Shown here: one piece after another, positions 49,037-59,334 of the stretch
How positions within the stretch are numbered: position 1 is the first letter of the stretch
How the letters are laid out: each line of letters begins with the position of its first letter
Assembly: GCA_964650185.1 (NCBI GenBank)
Contig: CAZYRN010000003.1
Coordinates: 2,025 to 66,024, forward strand
Source: an uncultured Pseudomonadales bacterium
GTDB taxonomy: Bacteria > Patescibacteriota > Microgenomatia > UBA1400 > PJMF01
Length of the DNA: 64,000 bases
Reading direction: 5' to 3'
The notes under the pieces: generated by a model
Database searches by the model: none
What the model saw: only the letters and a program-made list of their open reading frames with translations
Told to the model about the DNA's origin: nothing
Translations under genes and position numbers: made by a program

Positions 49037-49811
49037 TAATTAAGACCGCTACACCTGCTAACAAACAATAAATACCAAAAATTCTTAATTTTGATTTCTC
49101 AATAACGAGTCGGAGCAGATACAAGCTAGCAAGCCCCACTACAAATGACATTACAAAACCAAATGCCCAGGGTAAAACCGCAATCGTTACATCTTGCTGG
49201 AGCGCTTCAATTAATTGAAGTATCATTGCGCCGATGATAACTGGCACTGACATGATGAATGAAAACTTAAAGGCTTGCCGGCGATCAATTCCCTGAATAA
49301 TACTGCCAAGCACCGTTGATCCTGATCTAGAAATTCCTGGTATTAAAGCAACAGCTTGAAATAAACCTACTACCAGCGCTTGCTGAACAGTATATGACTG
49401 CACAGTTTGACTAGACTGAGCACTCTGAACTGCAGTCTGATCCCGCTGAGTTAGTTTTTGATCGCTGATTAAATTCATCAACCCTGTAACCAACAGCGCA
49501 CCACCCACAATTACCTCAAGATTAAAAATCTGCGTCAAGATATCCCCAAACAAGAGTCCGACCAGTGCGGCGGGAATGGCACTGACCAAAATCAATCTGA
49601 CTTCATGCAGAGACAACGAGATTAATTCCCGCCAAAAAAATATCATTACCGCCAGTAAAGTTCCGGCATGTAAAAAGACACTAAACAAGAGATCTGATTC
49701 CACCCAACCCATAAAATATTGCGCCATCACCAAATGGCCAGAACTGGAAATGGGCAAAAATTCAGCCACACCCTGAATTAAACCCAGAATAAGAGCTTGG
49801 GCTATATTCAT
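49029..49811 (-). CDS. uppP: undecaprenyl-diphosphate phosphatase
   Basis: QGVAEFLPISSSGH and PGISRSGST. Confidence 0.95.
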   Translation of the reverse strand: MNIAQALILGLIQGVAEFLPISSSGHLVMAQYFMGWVESDLLFSVFLHAGTLLAVMIFFWRELISLSLHEVRLILVSAIPAALVGLLFGDILTQIFNLEVIVGGALLVTGLMNLISDQKLTQRDQTAVQSAQSSQTVQSYTVQQALVVGLFQAVALIPGISRSGSTVLGSIIQGIDRRQAFKFSFIMSVPVIIGAMILQLIEALQQDVTIAVLPWAFGFVMSFVVGLASLYLLRLVIEKSKLRIFGIYCLLAGVAVLIII

Positions 49812-49817
49812 AAAATT

Positions 49818-50507
49818 TTATTTTTTCTTGACTTCTTTAGAGGTCTGATCGTACCAATTTCGCAGCACCTCTCTGACCACATCCTGACCGCCTAGTCCTA
49901 AAGCTAGAGCCAACCCCAAGGAGAGCATAGAAACAAATCCGATGAAGATGACCATGATGAACTCGCTGGCAATTCTTAACTCATTAATTGCTGCCAGGAC
50001 AAAGATAATCATGACCAAATAGCTTGAGACTCTGCCTAGTAACCGTGCACTTTTGCCGTCAATACTTCGAATTGAACCTTTGACTAAGCTTTCCACCACT
50101 CCCGCCACCAGCACCCCAAAGAAGAGGACTAAAATTGACGAAATGATATGGGGAATGTAGTTGATAACTCGATCTAAAACACCGCTCAAAGAGGATAGTC
50201 CTAGCACAGAAACCGTCGTGTGAATAACCACCAGCATTAGCAGCCAATAGACAATGCTGCCCAAAACTCCTTCAATCTTTTCACCAAATTCTGCGTTGGC
50301 AAAAAAATGTTCCACCGGGGTATTTTTAATCCAGCTGGAAACTTTGACTGTTTCCAAAAGTTTAACCACCACTTTCTTTAAACCACGTGCCAAAGCAGCC
50401 CCAATAATCAAGATTAAAATAGCGGCAATGAGCCGAGGAAGATAAGAGGAAATTTCCGACACAGTTTCGACTGTCATGAGTTGTAATGAGTTATAAAACT
50501 CTGGCAT
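49818..50507 (-). CDS. CmpX-like TM-helix-repeat protein (MscS-associated family)
   Basis: repeated YLP/YIP..I helices; LALGLGGQD. Confidence 0.8.
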   Translation of the reverse strand: MPEFYNSLQLMTVETVSEISSYLPRLIAAILILIIGAALARGLKKVVVKLLETVKVSSWIKNTPVEHFFANAEFGEKIEGVLGSIVYWLLMLVVIHTTVSVLGLSSLSGVLDRVINYIPHIISSILVLFFGVLVAGVVESLVKGSIRSIDGKSARLLGRVSSYLVMIIFVLAAINELRIASEFIMVIFIGFVSMLSLGLALALGLGGQDVVREVLRNWYDQTSKEVKKK

Positions 50508-50551
50508 AGATTCCTCCTTTTATTACTCTTCATTATAAGCTTATCATACAC

Positions 50552-50578
50552 AAAAGCGTAGAGTGGAATGCTCTACGC
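50552..50578 (-). terminator. terminator of RNase P RNA
   Basis: GCGTAGAG-N7-CTCTACGC followed by TTTT on the minus strand. Confidence 0.65.
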
Positions 50579-50588
50579 CTTTGAAAAA

Positions 50589-50853
50589 GTGTAACCCGTA
50601 AGCCGGATTCTGTTTTAGACAATGATTTATCTATGCCTGAAACCTTATCACCATCATAGGGAACAAGTCCATTAAGGTGAAAATCGTCAGTCGCAGCGGG
50701 GAGGATTACCCTCGCCGAGGCGAGACCCAATCGCTTGGCCGTTTCACGCGGCGCTACCCGCATCGTCACTGTGGCTCTAACTACACCCTTTGTTCTGCTG
50801 TCCGGACTTTCCTCTCCAACGGCAGGCCGTTTGGAGCCATTGTCCAGTTACAC
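50589..50853 (-). ncRNA. rnpB: RNase P RNA, ~265 nt
   Basis: minus strand GAGGAAAGTCCGG and ACAGAATCCGGCTTA (P4), P1 GTGTAACT/GGTTACAC, P2 GGACAATGG/TCATTGTCT. Confidence 0.93.
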
Positions 50854-50891
50854 AGTTATAGGATATCATTAGCCGCCGAATTTTGAAACTA

Positions 50892-51905
50892 TTAATCAAT
50901 TAAATGATCTTTAACCCAAGTCGAGTAGATAGTGCGAAGAATAATGTATATGGGGATGGCCAGTAAAGCACCAATTACTCCCGCCAACTTTAATCCAATT
51001 AAAATACTCACAATTGAGATGAGTGGGCTGACGTCAACATTATCTTTCATTATTTTCGGCACTAACAAGTTATTTTCAAACTGCTGCACTAAGATATAAA
51101 AAAGCAGAGTAAATAGTCCCATCAATGGTCCGGCAGTAATGTAGGCAATCACGACTGCTGGTACCGCTGCTAAAGTTGGACCTAAATTAGGCAATATTTC
51201 CAATGAAGCAGCCAGTAAAGCCAGAGGCAAAGCATAAGGCAGACCGAGCAGCAATAAACCAATGTAGGTTAGGATCCCAATGACCAACATTAAGATAATT
51301 TGACCTCTAACCCAGCCGCCAAGCTGATATTCTAAAGAATCTATAAAATCTTTGGCCTGCTCCAAATGTTCTTTACGCTGGGTAAACCAGGCTATTCTCA
51401 AATGCAGATTGCGTCGGTCTAACATCAAGTAGAAAGACATGACCATGATGGTGAAAACAGTGAAAACTCCGCTGAAAGTTGAGCTGACAATAGAGTAGAG
51501 CGTGTTGGCAGAACTGCCAAACCGATCAATTAAATTTCCCACCTCGTTGAGATTAAGCGTAAAGTTGGATAGTTGATCTTGTAGCCAAGGTAGTTGGAAA
51601 GTCTTGACAAATCCATACAGCTCAGTCGCTAACGGCGGTACTAACAGTGCTAAAACAGAACTGATGGCAATAAAAAGCAACACGTAAGCAATCACAATCG
51701 ATAACAGTCGCGGAAATCTAAGCTTTCCTTCCATTCTTCTAACTAGCGGATTCAAAGCCACCATGATAATGAATGACATGAATAACAAAATGATGATGGA
51801 TCTAATTAGAAAGATAAAATAAAGCAAGAGTAGCAGCGACACCGCAAAGACTACAATTGAGGGGGAAATTTCTACTGCATTTTTCCGGCGGATTATTTTG
51901 AACAT
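50892..51905 (-). CDS. AI-2E family transporter
   Basis: WVRGQ, QQFENNLLVPKIM, GALLAIP. Confidence 0.92.
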   Translation of the reverse strand: MFKIIRRKNAVEISPSIVVFAVSLLLLLYFIFLIRSIIILLFMSFIIMVALNPLVRRMEGKLRFPRLLSIVIAYVLLFIAISSVLALLVPPLATELYGFVKTFQLPWLQDQLSNFTLNLNEVGNLIDRFGSSANTLYSIVSSTFSGVFTVFTIMVMSFYLMLDRRNLHLRIAWFTQRKEHLEQAKDFIDSLEYQLGGWVRGQIILMLVIGILTYIGLLLLGLPYALPLALLAASLEILPNLGPTLAAVPAVVIAYITAGPLMGLFTLLFYILVQQFENNLLVPKIMKDNVDVSPLISIVSILIGLKLAGVIGALLAIPIYIILRTIYSTWVKDHLID

Positions 51906-52927
51906 AAAGTCAGTATATAATCGAAAGCCTTGCTTTTCCAGTCAATATTATCAAGCTGAAACCACTCTACCGGCTGATCTTGCCACCAGGTCAGCTGACG
52001 CTTGGCATACTGCACCTCCCGCTGCGACCACAACTCGAGGCACTGGGCTTCGTCCAGCTGTCCAGTCAAATACTGGTGCAGCTCTGTCACGCCAGTTGCA
52101 CTTAAGGCAGGCAGCTGAGGATCTGCATAGTGACTCAGTAACTCTTTCACTTCAGTCAAGGCACCTTGATCAAACCTCTCTTTCACTCGGAGGGAAATTC
52201 TAGAGCTGATCTCGTCAAAATTGTCACTCAAACCAACATATTCGTGTCTAACAGCAGGAATCTCAGTAAAATTAGGTGGAGATGAAGAGATTGCCGCTGA
52301 CTTGATTTCCTCAGCTGCCAAGCCAAACTCAATGACTCTCACTAATCTTCGCGGGTTCTGCCGGTCAGAATGATTAAGACTCGCTAGCTTTTCCGGATTA
52401 ACCTCTTCCGCCCAGGATTGCAGCTCAGTCAGACTCATTTGCTCCGCCCGCTTTCTCACTTCAGGATTGGGACCAACTCTCAGTTGCGGATCTCTTTCTA
52501 AGGCTCGATCGTGATAGAGGCCGGTTCCGCCGACTAAAATGACCAGCCGCTGATCTGCTGTAGCTGCTGCTAGAACCTCCAAAACCAGCTCTTGGAAGTG
52601 CTTTACTGACCATTCTTGATCAGGTGCAACTATGGCCACACCATGCAGCCGCAGCTGGCCTGGTTGATCTTGGTCTGGTTCATCAGATTTTTGTTGATCT
52701 GGCTCTGATTCATAAAATGGATAAGAAAAATTGGGATTAGTTTGCTGGGAAAAACCAACCGGTAAGTCTGCTCCTGAAACAATCTCCAAACCCTGATAGA
52801 CCTGTCTGGAATCAGCCGAAACCAAATCAATCCCTTGATAGTCAGTGCTGTGAATAATCTCTTGAGCCACCGCCAAAGCAAAACCAGTTTTACCGACTGC
52901 TGTTGGACCGACAATTGACAGTAACAT
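51893..52927 (-). CDS. miaA: tRNA dimethylallyltransferase
   Basis: GPTAVGKT, SADSRQVY, VGGTGLY, YAKRQLTW. Confidence 0.95.
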   Translation of the reverse strand: MLLSIVGPTAVGKTGFALAVAQEIIHSTDYQGIDLVSADSRQVYQGLEIVSGADLPVGFSQQTNPNFSYPFYESEPDQQKSDEPDQDQPGQLRLHGVAIVAPDQEWSVKHFQELVLEVLAAATADQRLVILVGGTGLYHDRALERDPQLRVGPNPEVRKRAEQMSLTELQSWAEEVNPEKLASLNHSDRQNPRRLVRVIEFGLAAEEIKSAAISSSPPNFTEIPAVRHEYVGLSDNFDEISSRISLRVKERFDQGALTEVKELLSHYADPQLPALSATGVTELHQYLTGQLDEAQCLELWSQREVQYAKRQLTWWQDQPVEWFQLDNIDWKSKAFDYILTLCSK

Positions 52928-54087
52928 TAAACAATCCTTGGCCTTTCCGCCAGATGTTTTTGATTAATTAAATTTTCTAAAATCTGCCAGCGCTTTTTCT
53001 TGACGGGATGAGGAATATCATCTTCATAAATCCGCCAGCTGGCTGTACCGGGTCGAGGAGAGTAGATAGCCACAAAGGCAATATGCCAATCAACCTGCTT
53101 AGCTAACTCCACCGTCTCTTGAAACTCAGCATCTGTCTCACCCGGAAAACCAACAATAATATCCGTCCCTATGGTAATTTTAGGATCTGCTTGTTTGAGC
53201 TTATTCATTACTTCGAGATATGTTTCGCGCGTGTACCCTCTGTTCATTCGGTACAAAACTGCGTTGCTGCCAGACTGAACAGGCAGATGAATGTAACGAT
53301 CAATTTTCTTATTTCGACCCACCTCTTCAATCAGTTCATCATGAAAATCCCACGGATTGCTGGTTAAAAATCTGATTTTTTTGACTTGCTTAAAGGCTGA
53401 GATATCACGCAACAACTGCACAAACGGCGGCGTTCCATCAGGAGTAAGATATTGAGACTGATTTTCTGGCAAATCTTCTCTGGAAAAACCGTCTTGTTTC
53501 ATCATCAATTTGCGAAAACCAATCCCAACTTTTTCTAAACCCCAAGAATTAACATTCATTCCTAACAAAGTTAGCTCTTCATAACCATCAGCCACCAGTT
53601 TTTCCACTTCCTCCATGATTGATTCTTGACTCCGCGACTGCTCCCGACCTCGAGAGTAGGGCACAATACAGTAAGTACAAAAGGAATTGCAGCCTGTAGA
53701 GATAGGAATCCAGGCGTGCTTTTTATCCTTGCGAATAGCTGCTTGATTAAAACCAACCTCGTTGATGGGTAAAATCTCATCCACCATCGGCATCATCTGA
53801 TAAAGCTTGTCGTGACCGTGATGAGTCATGCAGCCAGTTAAGATAATTTTCGGCCGCTGCTGGCCGATTTCATTAAAGTGAACTACCACATTATGCAAAA
53901 AGCCACGCGCCCGGTCCTCAGCCCGTTGGCGCACCGCACAGGTGTTGACAACTAATTCTGCACATTCTTGCCAATTTTCAGCCTCACAATAACCCCGAGC
54001 TTCATAATCACCCGCAATCCGCTCTGAATCTGATTTGTTAGATTGGCAGCCAAAGGTATGGATGAAATAAGTTTTAGGCTTTATCAT
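52927..54087 (-). CDS. miaB: MiaB-family radical SAM methylthiotransferase without TRAM domain
   Basis: TFGCQ, NTCAVR, TGC, CNSFCTYC, PVQSGS, DIIVGFPGET; start ATG 54087, 9 nt after TACAAT. Confidence 0.88.
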   Translation of the reverse strand: MIKPKTYFIHTFGCQSNKSDSERIAGDYEARGYCEAENWQECAELVVNTCAVRQRAEDRARGFLHNVVVHFNEIGQQRPKIILTGCMTHHGHDKLYQMMPMVDEILPINEVGFNQAAIRKDKKHAWIPISTGCNSFCTYCIVPYSRGREQSRSQESIMEEVEKLVADGYEELTLLGMNVNSWGLEKVGIGFRKLMMKQDGFSREDLPENQSQYLTPDGTPPFVQLLRDISAFKQVKKIRFLTSNPWDFHDELIEEVGRNKKIDRYIHLPVQSGSNAVLYRMNRGYTRETYLEVMNKLKQADPKITIGTDIIVGFPGETDAEFQETVELAKQVDWHIAFVAIYSPRPGTASWRIYEDDIPHPVKKKRWQILENLINQKHLAERPRIV

Positions 54088-54106
54088 TGGGAGAGTATTG
54101 TACGAA

Positions 54107-56128
54107 TTAAGCTGGAACAAGACAAGCAGACTTCTGTGTTAATCCTGCGCCGCCGCCTCCGCCGCCGCCGCCTCCGCCACCTCCGCCGCTAGCCCCACCA
54201 GAAGAACCGACTCCAGAAGCCCCGTAGCTTGATGAAGCGGCTGTGGAAATTGAGGATAGAGCAGAGGAGAGATCTGAGAAACTTTCGCTAATTGAACTCA
54301 TACCAGTCACACCCCCATCGGCTAGGTTCATCCCGGCCCAATAGGTGCCCACTGCCGTGGCTTGAGCAGGATCAAATTTCACCGGAAATTCCGCCAAGGC
54401 TTTAGCAGAAATCCCAAAAAGCATTCCGTAAACCAAATATTTTTCCCAAATAACTATCGAATCGAGCGGGTACTTTTTCGTTTTTTCATAATCTTTCATG
54501 TGTTTTTTAAAGGCCTGCCACTTGCCAGCTTCCAGACGCCCCAACTCAGTCCTTTTTTCACCAAACATCAATAAAAATACTTCAATCATAATAAATAGGA
54601 AGTTCAAACCAATCCCCGCCAACCCGATTAACAGACCTATCCTCATATCTTGACTGCCCGCAAAGAGTGTCATCAACACAAAAAATGCTAGTAACAGGGC
54701 ATAAACTGACAGCCATCTATAGCTGGTAGTGTCTCGATGAGCTCTTTCATCAAATAAGCCAGCGGCTAAATTTTCTTGCAGCGCTACTTTTTCCAAATTT
54801 TTGAAAAATTGATAAGAGCTTTGACGATGATTTTTGCAATAAGCAGCAATCTTAGTGAGCGGAATAGCTTGTACCTTATTTTCTCCCACCTCTTCAGAAA
54901 CATCCTGCACCCCCACTTGCATTAAAAACTGTCTTACAGCCTCTTCCACCTGGCTTAATTTAACTTTCTGCCCGACAGCAGCCTCCTCTGATAATGGCTC
55001 AAGATAATAGCGGTGTTTCTTACTCAAAAACCCTTTCTTTTCTTGACTGCGCAGTAATCTAAAAACTCGTTTATGAATTAGGTTCAGCACCGTCGCTGTA
55101 AAAGCTTTGGGCGTCAATGTGGGTGCAGCAGCCAGAAGCTGTTCAACTTGGGCAGGACTCAACTCACTGGGAGGTTCCCACAGCGTACCGGCTAAATTTG
55201 GCTTAATAATCGGCAAATCACGACTAGTCTTCCAGAAATTAATTAAACGCCGAATAAAGTGAATTAAACTGTAAATAAGCAACGCTCCGCCTACTACTAC
55301 CGCCAGCCGCTCCAAAAAGCGAAAGCGGGCAATTTTCCGTTCGGTTTCTTTAATAAAACCAGCTTCTTGAGCTTGAATATCTGTCAGGTTAGAGCTGCCG
55401 GTAGCTCCAGAAAAAAACATCTCTTTGGGCAATAAAATTCTGCCTTCAAAAAACTCACCTGCCGGCAACCGATCTAATTCATACTTCACTAACTCGTTGG
55501 AGAGAATACTAACTTTTCCACTCAAGGGACCATGTGCCCACGCTTGAATGGCATCATCAGCAATTCCAGCCGGCAAAATTACTTCAGCTGTAATATCTCG
55601 CTGAGACACTTCCCATTCTGTTCCAATAAATTGCCAATAAAATTCCGCTGTGTCTTGATGAAGGGTGATGCCATTTTCAATCAAGTAAGAAATAGTGAAA
55701 GTTTTCGTCTCGGAAAATGCCTGATAATACCACTCCAAATGGTAGTTGTCGGCTGTTTCTAAAACATAAAATTTTCCTGCCCGAGCAGAAAAATCCATGT
55801 TCTCTAAACTTGGATCACCTTTTGTATAACAACGGTCCTCATCACAAACTTGGAAATTACTTAGTTGATAAGGTTCATCGCGGCGACTGCCTAATTCATG
55901 AGAGGGATTTTTAGTTTTATCAAAATATGCAAAAGAAAAACTGCCGTCAAAATCATAAGTTCTGGTTTCCGTGATTAAGACCGTGCCATTAGTAAAAAGC
56001 TGCGCGGAAATATTAACTGGTCTAACTTCATACTCTTTAGCGAAAACAGGAGTAGGGCTAATTAAAATTATCAGTAGCAAAGTTGAGAGAGAAATAACTA
56101 GGGTAGAGAAGAAAGAAAGCTGGCGCAT
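54107..56128 (-). CDS. DUF2207 membrane protein
   Basis: AEFYWQFIG, WAHGP, WEKYLVYG, Ser/Gly-rich tail. Confidence 0.9.
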   Translation of the reverse strand: MRQLSFFSTLVISLSTLLLIILISPTPVFAKEYEVRPVNISAQLFTNGTVLITETRTYDFDGSFSFAYFDKTKNPSHELGSRRDEPYQLSNFQVCDEDRCYTKGDPSLENMDFSARAGKFYVLETADNYHLEWYYQAFSETKTFTISYLIENGITLHQDTAEFYWQFIGTEWEVSQRDITAEVILPAGIADDAIQAWAHGPLSGKVSILSNELVKYELDRLPAGEFFEGRILLPKEMFFSGATGSSNLTDIQAQEAGFIKETERKIARFRFLERLAVVVGGALLIYSLIHFIRRLINFWKTSRDLPIIKPNLAGTLWEPPSELSPAQVEQLLAAAPTLTPKAFTATVLNLIHKRVFRLLRSQEKKGFLSKKHRYYLEPLSEEAAVGQKVKLSQVEEAVRQFLMQVGVQDVSEEVGENKVQAIPLTKIAAYCKNHRQSSYQFFKNLEKVALQENLAAGLFDERAHRDTTSYRWLSVYALLLAFFVLMTLFAGSQDMRIGLLIGLAGIGLNFLFIMIEVFLLMFGEKRTELGRLEAGKWQAFKKHMKDYEKTKKYPLDSIVIWEKYLVYGMLFGISAKALAEFPVKFDPAQATAVGTYWAGMNLADGGVTGMSSISESFSDLSSALSSISTAASSSYGASGVGSSGGASGGGGGGGGGGGGGAGLTQKSACLVPA

Positions 56129-56182
56129 AGATCCATCATATCACCAGCCTAATACTTGAAAAAGTGATTTAGAAAAAAAATG

Positions 56183-56257
56183 AGGCGCGGGCGGGATTCG
56201 AACCCGCGGCACGAAGGTTTTGCAGACCTCGCCATTCGACCACTCTGGCACCGCGCC
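56183..56257 (-). tRNA. tRNA-Cys(GCA)
   Basis: GGCGCGG/CCGCGCC acceptor, U discriminator, CT-GCA-AA loop. Confidence 0.95.
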
Positions 56258-56355
56258 TAACTTCACCGCCTCAACCAAATGGCTGCTGACAGTGCTAAGC
56301 CTATATTATAGCCAACAATGCTAGTTATGGTTAGCTGACTTTGTAAGCAAGCAGA

Positions 56356-57183
56356 TTAGCTCAGCTTGCGAATTTCAAATGGTGTACCGCCGGCCGGATA
56401 ATCAAAACGCATCGCCGCTGTTTTTTCAGTCATATGATGAACTCTTAAAAATAACTCCACAAATGGATCATCATACCCAGACGAGCCAGCATTGACCGCC
56501 AACACACCTCGTTCCACGGTAAAACCGCCATCGGCAATCACACCCACTAAACTAACCCCATTCAAGATGACCTGCACCTTTTCACCAGGTTTAAAACCCT
56601 GTTTGACTAAGTCAGACTTGCGCATGGTTGTCTTAACGTTGCCAAAGCCATCGGTCCAAGCTACTAAATTATTGGGTACCTCCTCAATCTCAGACACATT
56701 TAGCTCATCAGTTAAAATTTCTCGGTCACCGTTAATCAATTTCGCTACTCGCTCAGGAAAGTAATCGCGAGAACGAAACTGTGATCCAGCCGCAGGTGAA
56801 GCCACATCTCTAAATTCCACAATCTCATCTTTCAAAAAGCTCAATGAATATTGAGAGTAAACCTGCATAATTTCTACACCATTTTTAAGCCTGACATACT
56901 TCAACCCGCTCCCCACATTATTTTCCTGTGCCTCCCGCTGATCCCGCCGCGGTGCAGCATTACCATAAATAAACATTCGACCATCAACCGGCGCTAAAGC
57001 CAGCTGATAAGTCACAAAGCCAACCGCAATTGTATCTAGGGGCGGGGTAGCTAACTGCTGAATTGTAACTTGATGGGGATCAGCCAAATGAAACTGAATC
57101 CGGCTCATAATTTCTGCAAACTCCAGTCCATTGGGTGCGTAGTCACAAATGACATGAAGTAAAGTTGAGTCTTTGTCAGGCAT
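56356..57183 (-). CDS. DUF62 / SAM hydroxide adenosyltransferase-like protein
   Basis: ICDY, QFRSRD.FP, W.DGFGNVKT, GSSG..ELF. Confidence 0.7.
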   Translation of the reverse strand: MPDKDSTLLHVICDYAPNGLEFAEIMSRIQFHLADPHQVTIQQLATPPLDTIAVGFVTYQLALAPVDGRMFIYGNAAPRRDQREAQENNVGSGLKYVRLKNGVEIMQVYSQYSLSFLKDEIVEFRDVASPAAGSQFRSRDYFPERVAKLINGDREILTDELNVSEIEEVPNNLVAWTDGFGNVKTTMRKSDLVKQGFKPGEKVQVILNGVSLVGVIADGGFTVERGVLAVNAGSSGYDDPFVELFLRVHHMTEKTAAMRFDYPAGGTPFEIRKLS

Positions 57184-57231
57184 GCAGATCCTCTCGAGAT
57201 AAATATACTAACTGGTGTATAATACCAGCCT

Positions 57232-58281
57232 ATGCCAAACCAGAAAACCACAAAAAAGACTAATAAAAACACCAAATCAGCAACTGAAGAACCAAAAAAA
57301 GCTGCTGACTCTAAGCAACCCGAGGTGGTGGTGGACAATACTAAGCTAAAGATGACCTTAACTTGGAATGATGTCAAAACCGCCTATGACCAGGAATTAA
57401 AAAAAGCTGCTCGAAATCTGAAGTTAAAAGGATTCCGCAAAGGCAAAGTGCCAGCGCACGTGGCTGAAAGTCAGATTGGACGAGTCAACCTAGTACAGAG
57501 TACTTTGGAAGCAACTGTTCCCCAAGCTTATCAAGAACTAATTGTGGCTAGCGGCAAACGGCCATTAACCCCTCCCCAAATTACCCCCACTTCACTGGAA
57601 TGGGAAAAGGACTGGGAGCTGGAGGTTGAAATTGCGGAAACACCTCAAGTTAAACTAGGCAATTATCGCACCACCATCAAAAAAGCCCTCAAAAAAGCGG
57701 AGAAAACCATTAAAGAAGAAGCTAAACAAGCAGCTAAACCAGCTGCCAAGAAAGCTCAGGCTGATGCCGACCATAATCATGCCCATGATCACGATCACGA
57801 TCACGCTCATGACCATGACCACCATCACGATCATGCCCAACAGCCCAGCCCAGAGGAAAAAGCTCGAGAAACTAAACTAAGACAGATTTTTAATCAACTC
57901 ATTGAGGAAATTCAGCCCAAAATTCCTGAGCTGCTTTTGAAAGAAGAAACCAAGCGAGAGTTAAATAATTTAGCCAATGAACTCGACAGGATTGGCTTAA
58001 AGATGGATGATTATTTAGCTAGAATTGGCCAATCATTTGAGGATTTATCAGCTCGAACCGCTGCGCAAAAATTAGGCCAGTTGCAGTTAGAATTTATTCT
58101 GCAAAAGATTCAAGAAGAAGAAAAGGTTGAAGTAACTGAACAAGATTTTACTCAAGAACTAACCAAAATTGAAGATGAAAAAGTCAGAGAGCAGATTGCC
58201 TCAAATCCTCAGTATCGCCAATACATGGAAAAAGAAATTGAGCGCAAAAAACTGCTGGAAGTGCTGTTGGCAGTTAAATAA
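57232..58281 (+). CDS. tig: trigger factor lacking the PPIase domain
   Basis: GFRKGKVP ribosome-binding motif; C domain follows a Lys/Ala and His/Asp linker. Confidence 0.9.
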   Translation: MPNQKTTKKTNKNTKSATEEPKKAADSKQPEVVVDNTKLKMTLTWNDVKTAYDQELKKAARNLKLKGFRKGKVPAHVAESQIGRVNLVQSTLEATVPQAYQELIVASGKRPLTPPQITPTSLEWEKDWELEVEIAETPQVKLGNYRTTIKKALKKAEKTIKEEAKQAAKPAAKKAQADADHNHAHDHDHDHAHDHDHHHDHAQQPSPEEKARETKLRQIFNQLIEEIQPKIPELLLKEETKRELNNLANELDRIGLKMDDYLARIGQSFEDLSARTAAQKLGQLQLEFILQKIQEEEKVEVTEQDFTQELTKIEDEKVREQIASNPQYRQYMEKEIERKKLLEVLLAVK

Positions 58282-58459
58282 AAAACTTAAGCCGCTTTTT
58301 TGAGCCACTTTATGGCTATTTTTCGCTAAGCCAAATTATTACAAAATTACGCTTCACCCAGCCGAAATCAACGGTATAATACCAGTATCTGACTTGTACT
58401 AGTTAGATGGGGTTTAACTATCCTATAATGTTGTTTTTATGGTATAATAATAGGTTAAG

Positions 58460-59149
58460 ATGAATAATCTCGGACAAAACAACCAGCTCCCAGGATCCAA
58501 AAAGTCAACTCATGCTGCGACCAATCCGTTCGCCAGAGCCTTAGCGGAAACTGAGAAAGGTGCTTACTCTAAACAGGATCAGGCTCAATCAGCTGGCCTC
58601 AATCCTTTTAGTGAAGCGCTGGCTCGGGCTGGTGGAAATTTGCCTACCGATTTTAGTCCGCAAGATTTTTCTCCTGAAGATATGTTGGCTGAACAGCAAA
58701 AATTAGCTGAGCAGCAGCGCAAAGCCGAGATGCGCAAAAAACTTCATGATCAGGTTAATCCTGTTGATCAAACTGATATCTTTAGTGCTCGCCGTGAGCG
58801 AACCAAAAAAGAACTGGAAGATGTCAGAAAAGAGCTGAAAGCTTTAGCAAGTGAAATCAGCAAATTTTACAAGGAAGTTGACATTCAAACTACTCTCCAA
58901 ATCACTGAGCAAGGTGATGAAGGAACTGGTTTGAAAACTTACTATCAAAAGTTAAAAGCTTTTATCGTTTTATTGACTAAAAAAGTCCGCAGTGCTAGAA
59001 CCTGGATGCAGCAGCAGCAATCAATTTCCGCTAAGAAAAAACGCAAAATTAAAGGTGGTTTAATGATGCAGGGCGGGGGAGTCCAGGAAACCAAAACTGT
59101 CTTTGACATGATGCATCATGAGCGAGGCAGCACTTATAGCGGCGGATAA
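58460..59149 (+). CDS. DUF5660-like coiled-coil protein
   Basis: NPF.EAL N-terminus, coiled coil, SARTW, C-terminal MHHER; family recalled, not searched. Confidence 0.55.
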   Translation: MNNLGQNNQLPGSKKSTHAATNPFARALAETEKGAYSKQDQAQSAGLNPFSEALARAGGNLPTDFSPQDFSPEDMLAEQQKLAEQQRKAEMRKKLHDQVNPVDQTDIFSARRERTKKELEDVRKELKALASEISKFYKEVDIQTTLQITEQGDEGTGLKTYYQKLKAFIVLLTKKVRSARTWMQQQQSISAKKKRKIKGGLMMQGGGVQETKTVFDMMHHERGSTYSGG

Positions 59150-59179
59150 TTCCAATTTTATTAAAAGAAAAAGGAGAAA

Positions 59180-59256
59180 TGGTGAACTCGAGTGGACTCG
59201 AACCACTGACCTCGTCGATGTCAACGACGCGCTCTAACCAACTGAGCTACGAGTTC
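59180..59256 (-). tRNA. tRNA-Val(GAC), CCA encoded
   Basis: GAACTCG/CGAGTTC acceptor, CGTCG-TTGACAT-CGACG anticodon arm. Confidence 0.95.
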
Positions 59257-59334
59257 TAATTTAGAGTTTACATTATACCGAACCAATCCCCATTTCACAA
59301 TCTCTTAACACCTGGTATAATGCGAAATTCATGT

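Noticed and set aside
50533-50886. Two short ORFs
   Set aside because: they overlap the RNase P RNA
54107-54200. GCC-rich repeat and an 11-aa extension after the Gly tail of the DUF2207 protein
   Set aside because: the poly-Gly tail is a family trait; the extension disappears if GGATTAA is read as GGATAA, probably a 1-nt indel of little consequence
58370-58450. Three TATAAT boxes and a small hairpin upstream of the DUF5660-like gene
   Set aside because: compatible with tandem promoters in AT-rich DNA; no evidence of a distinct RNA
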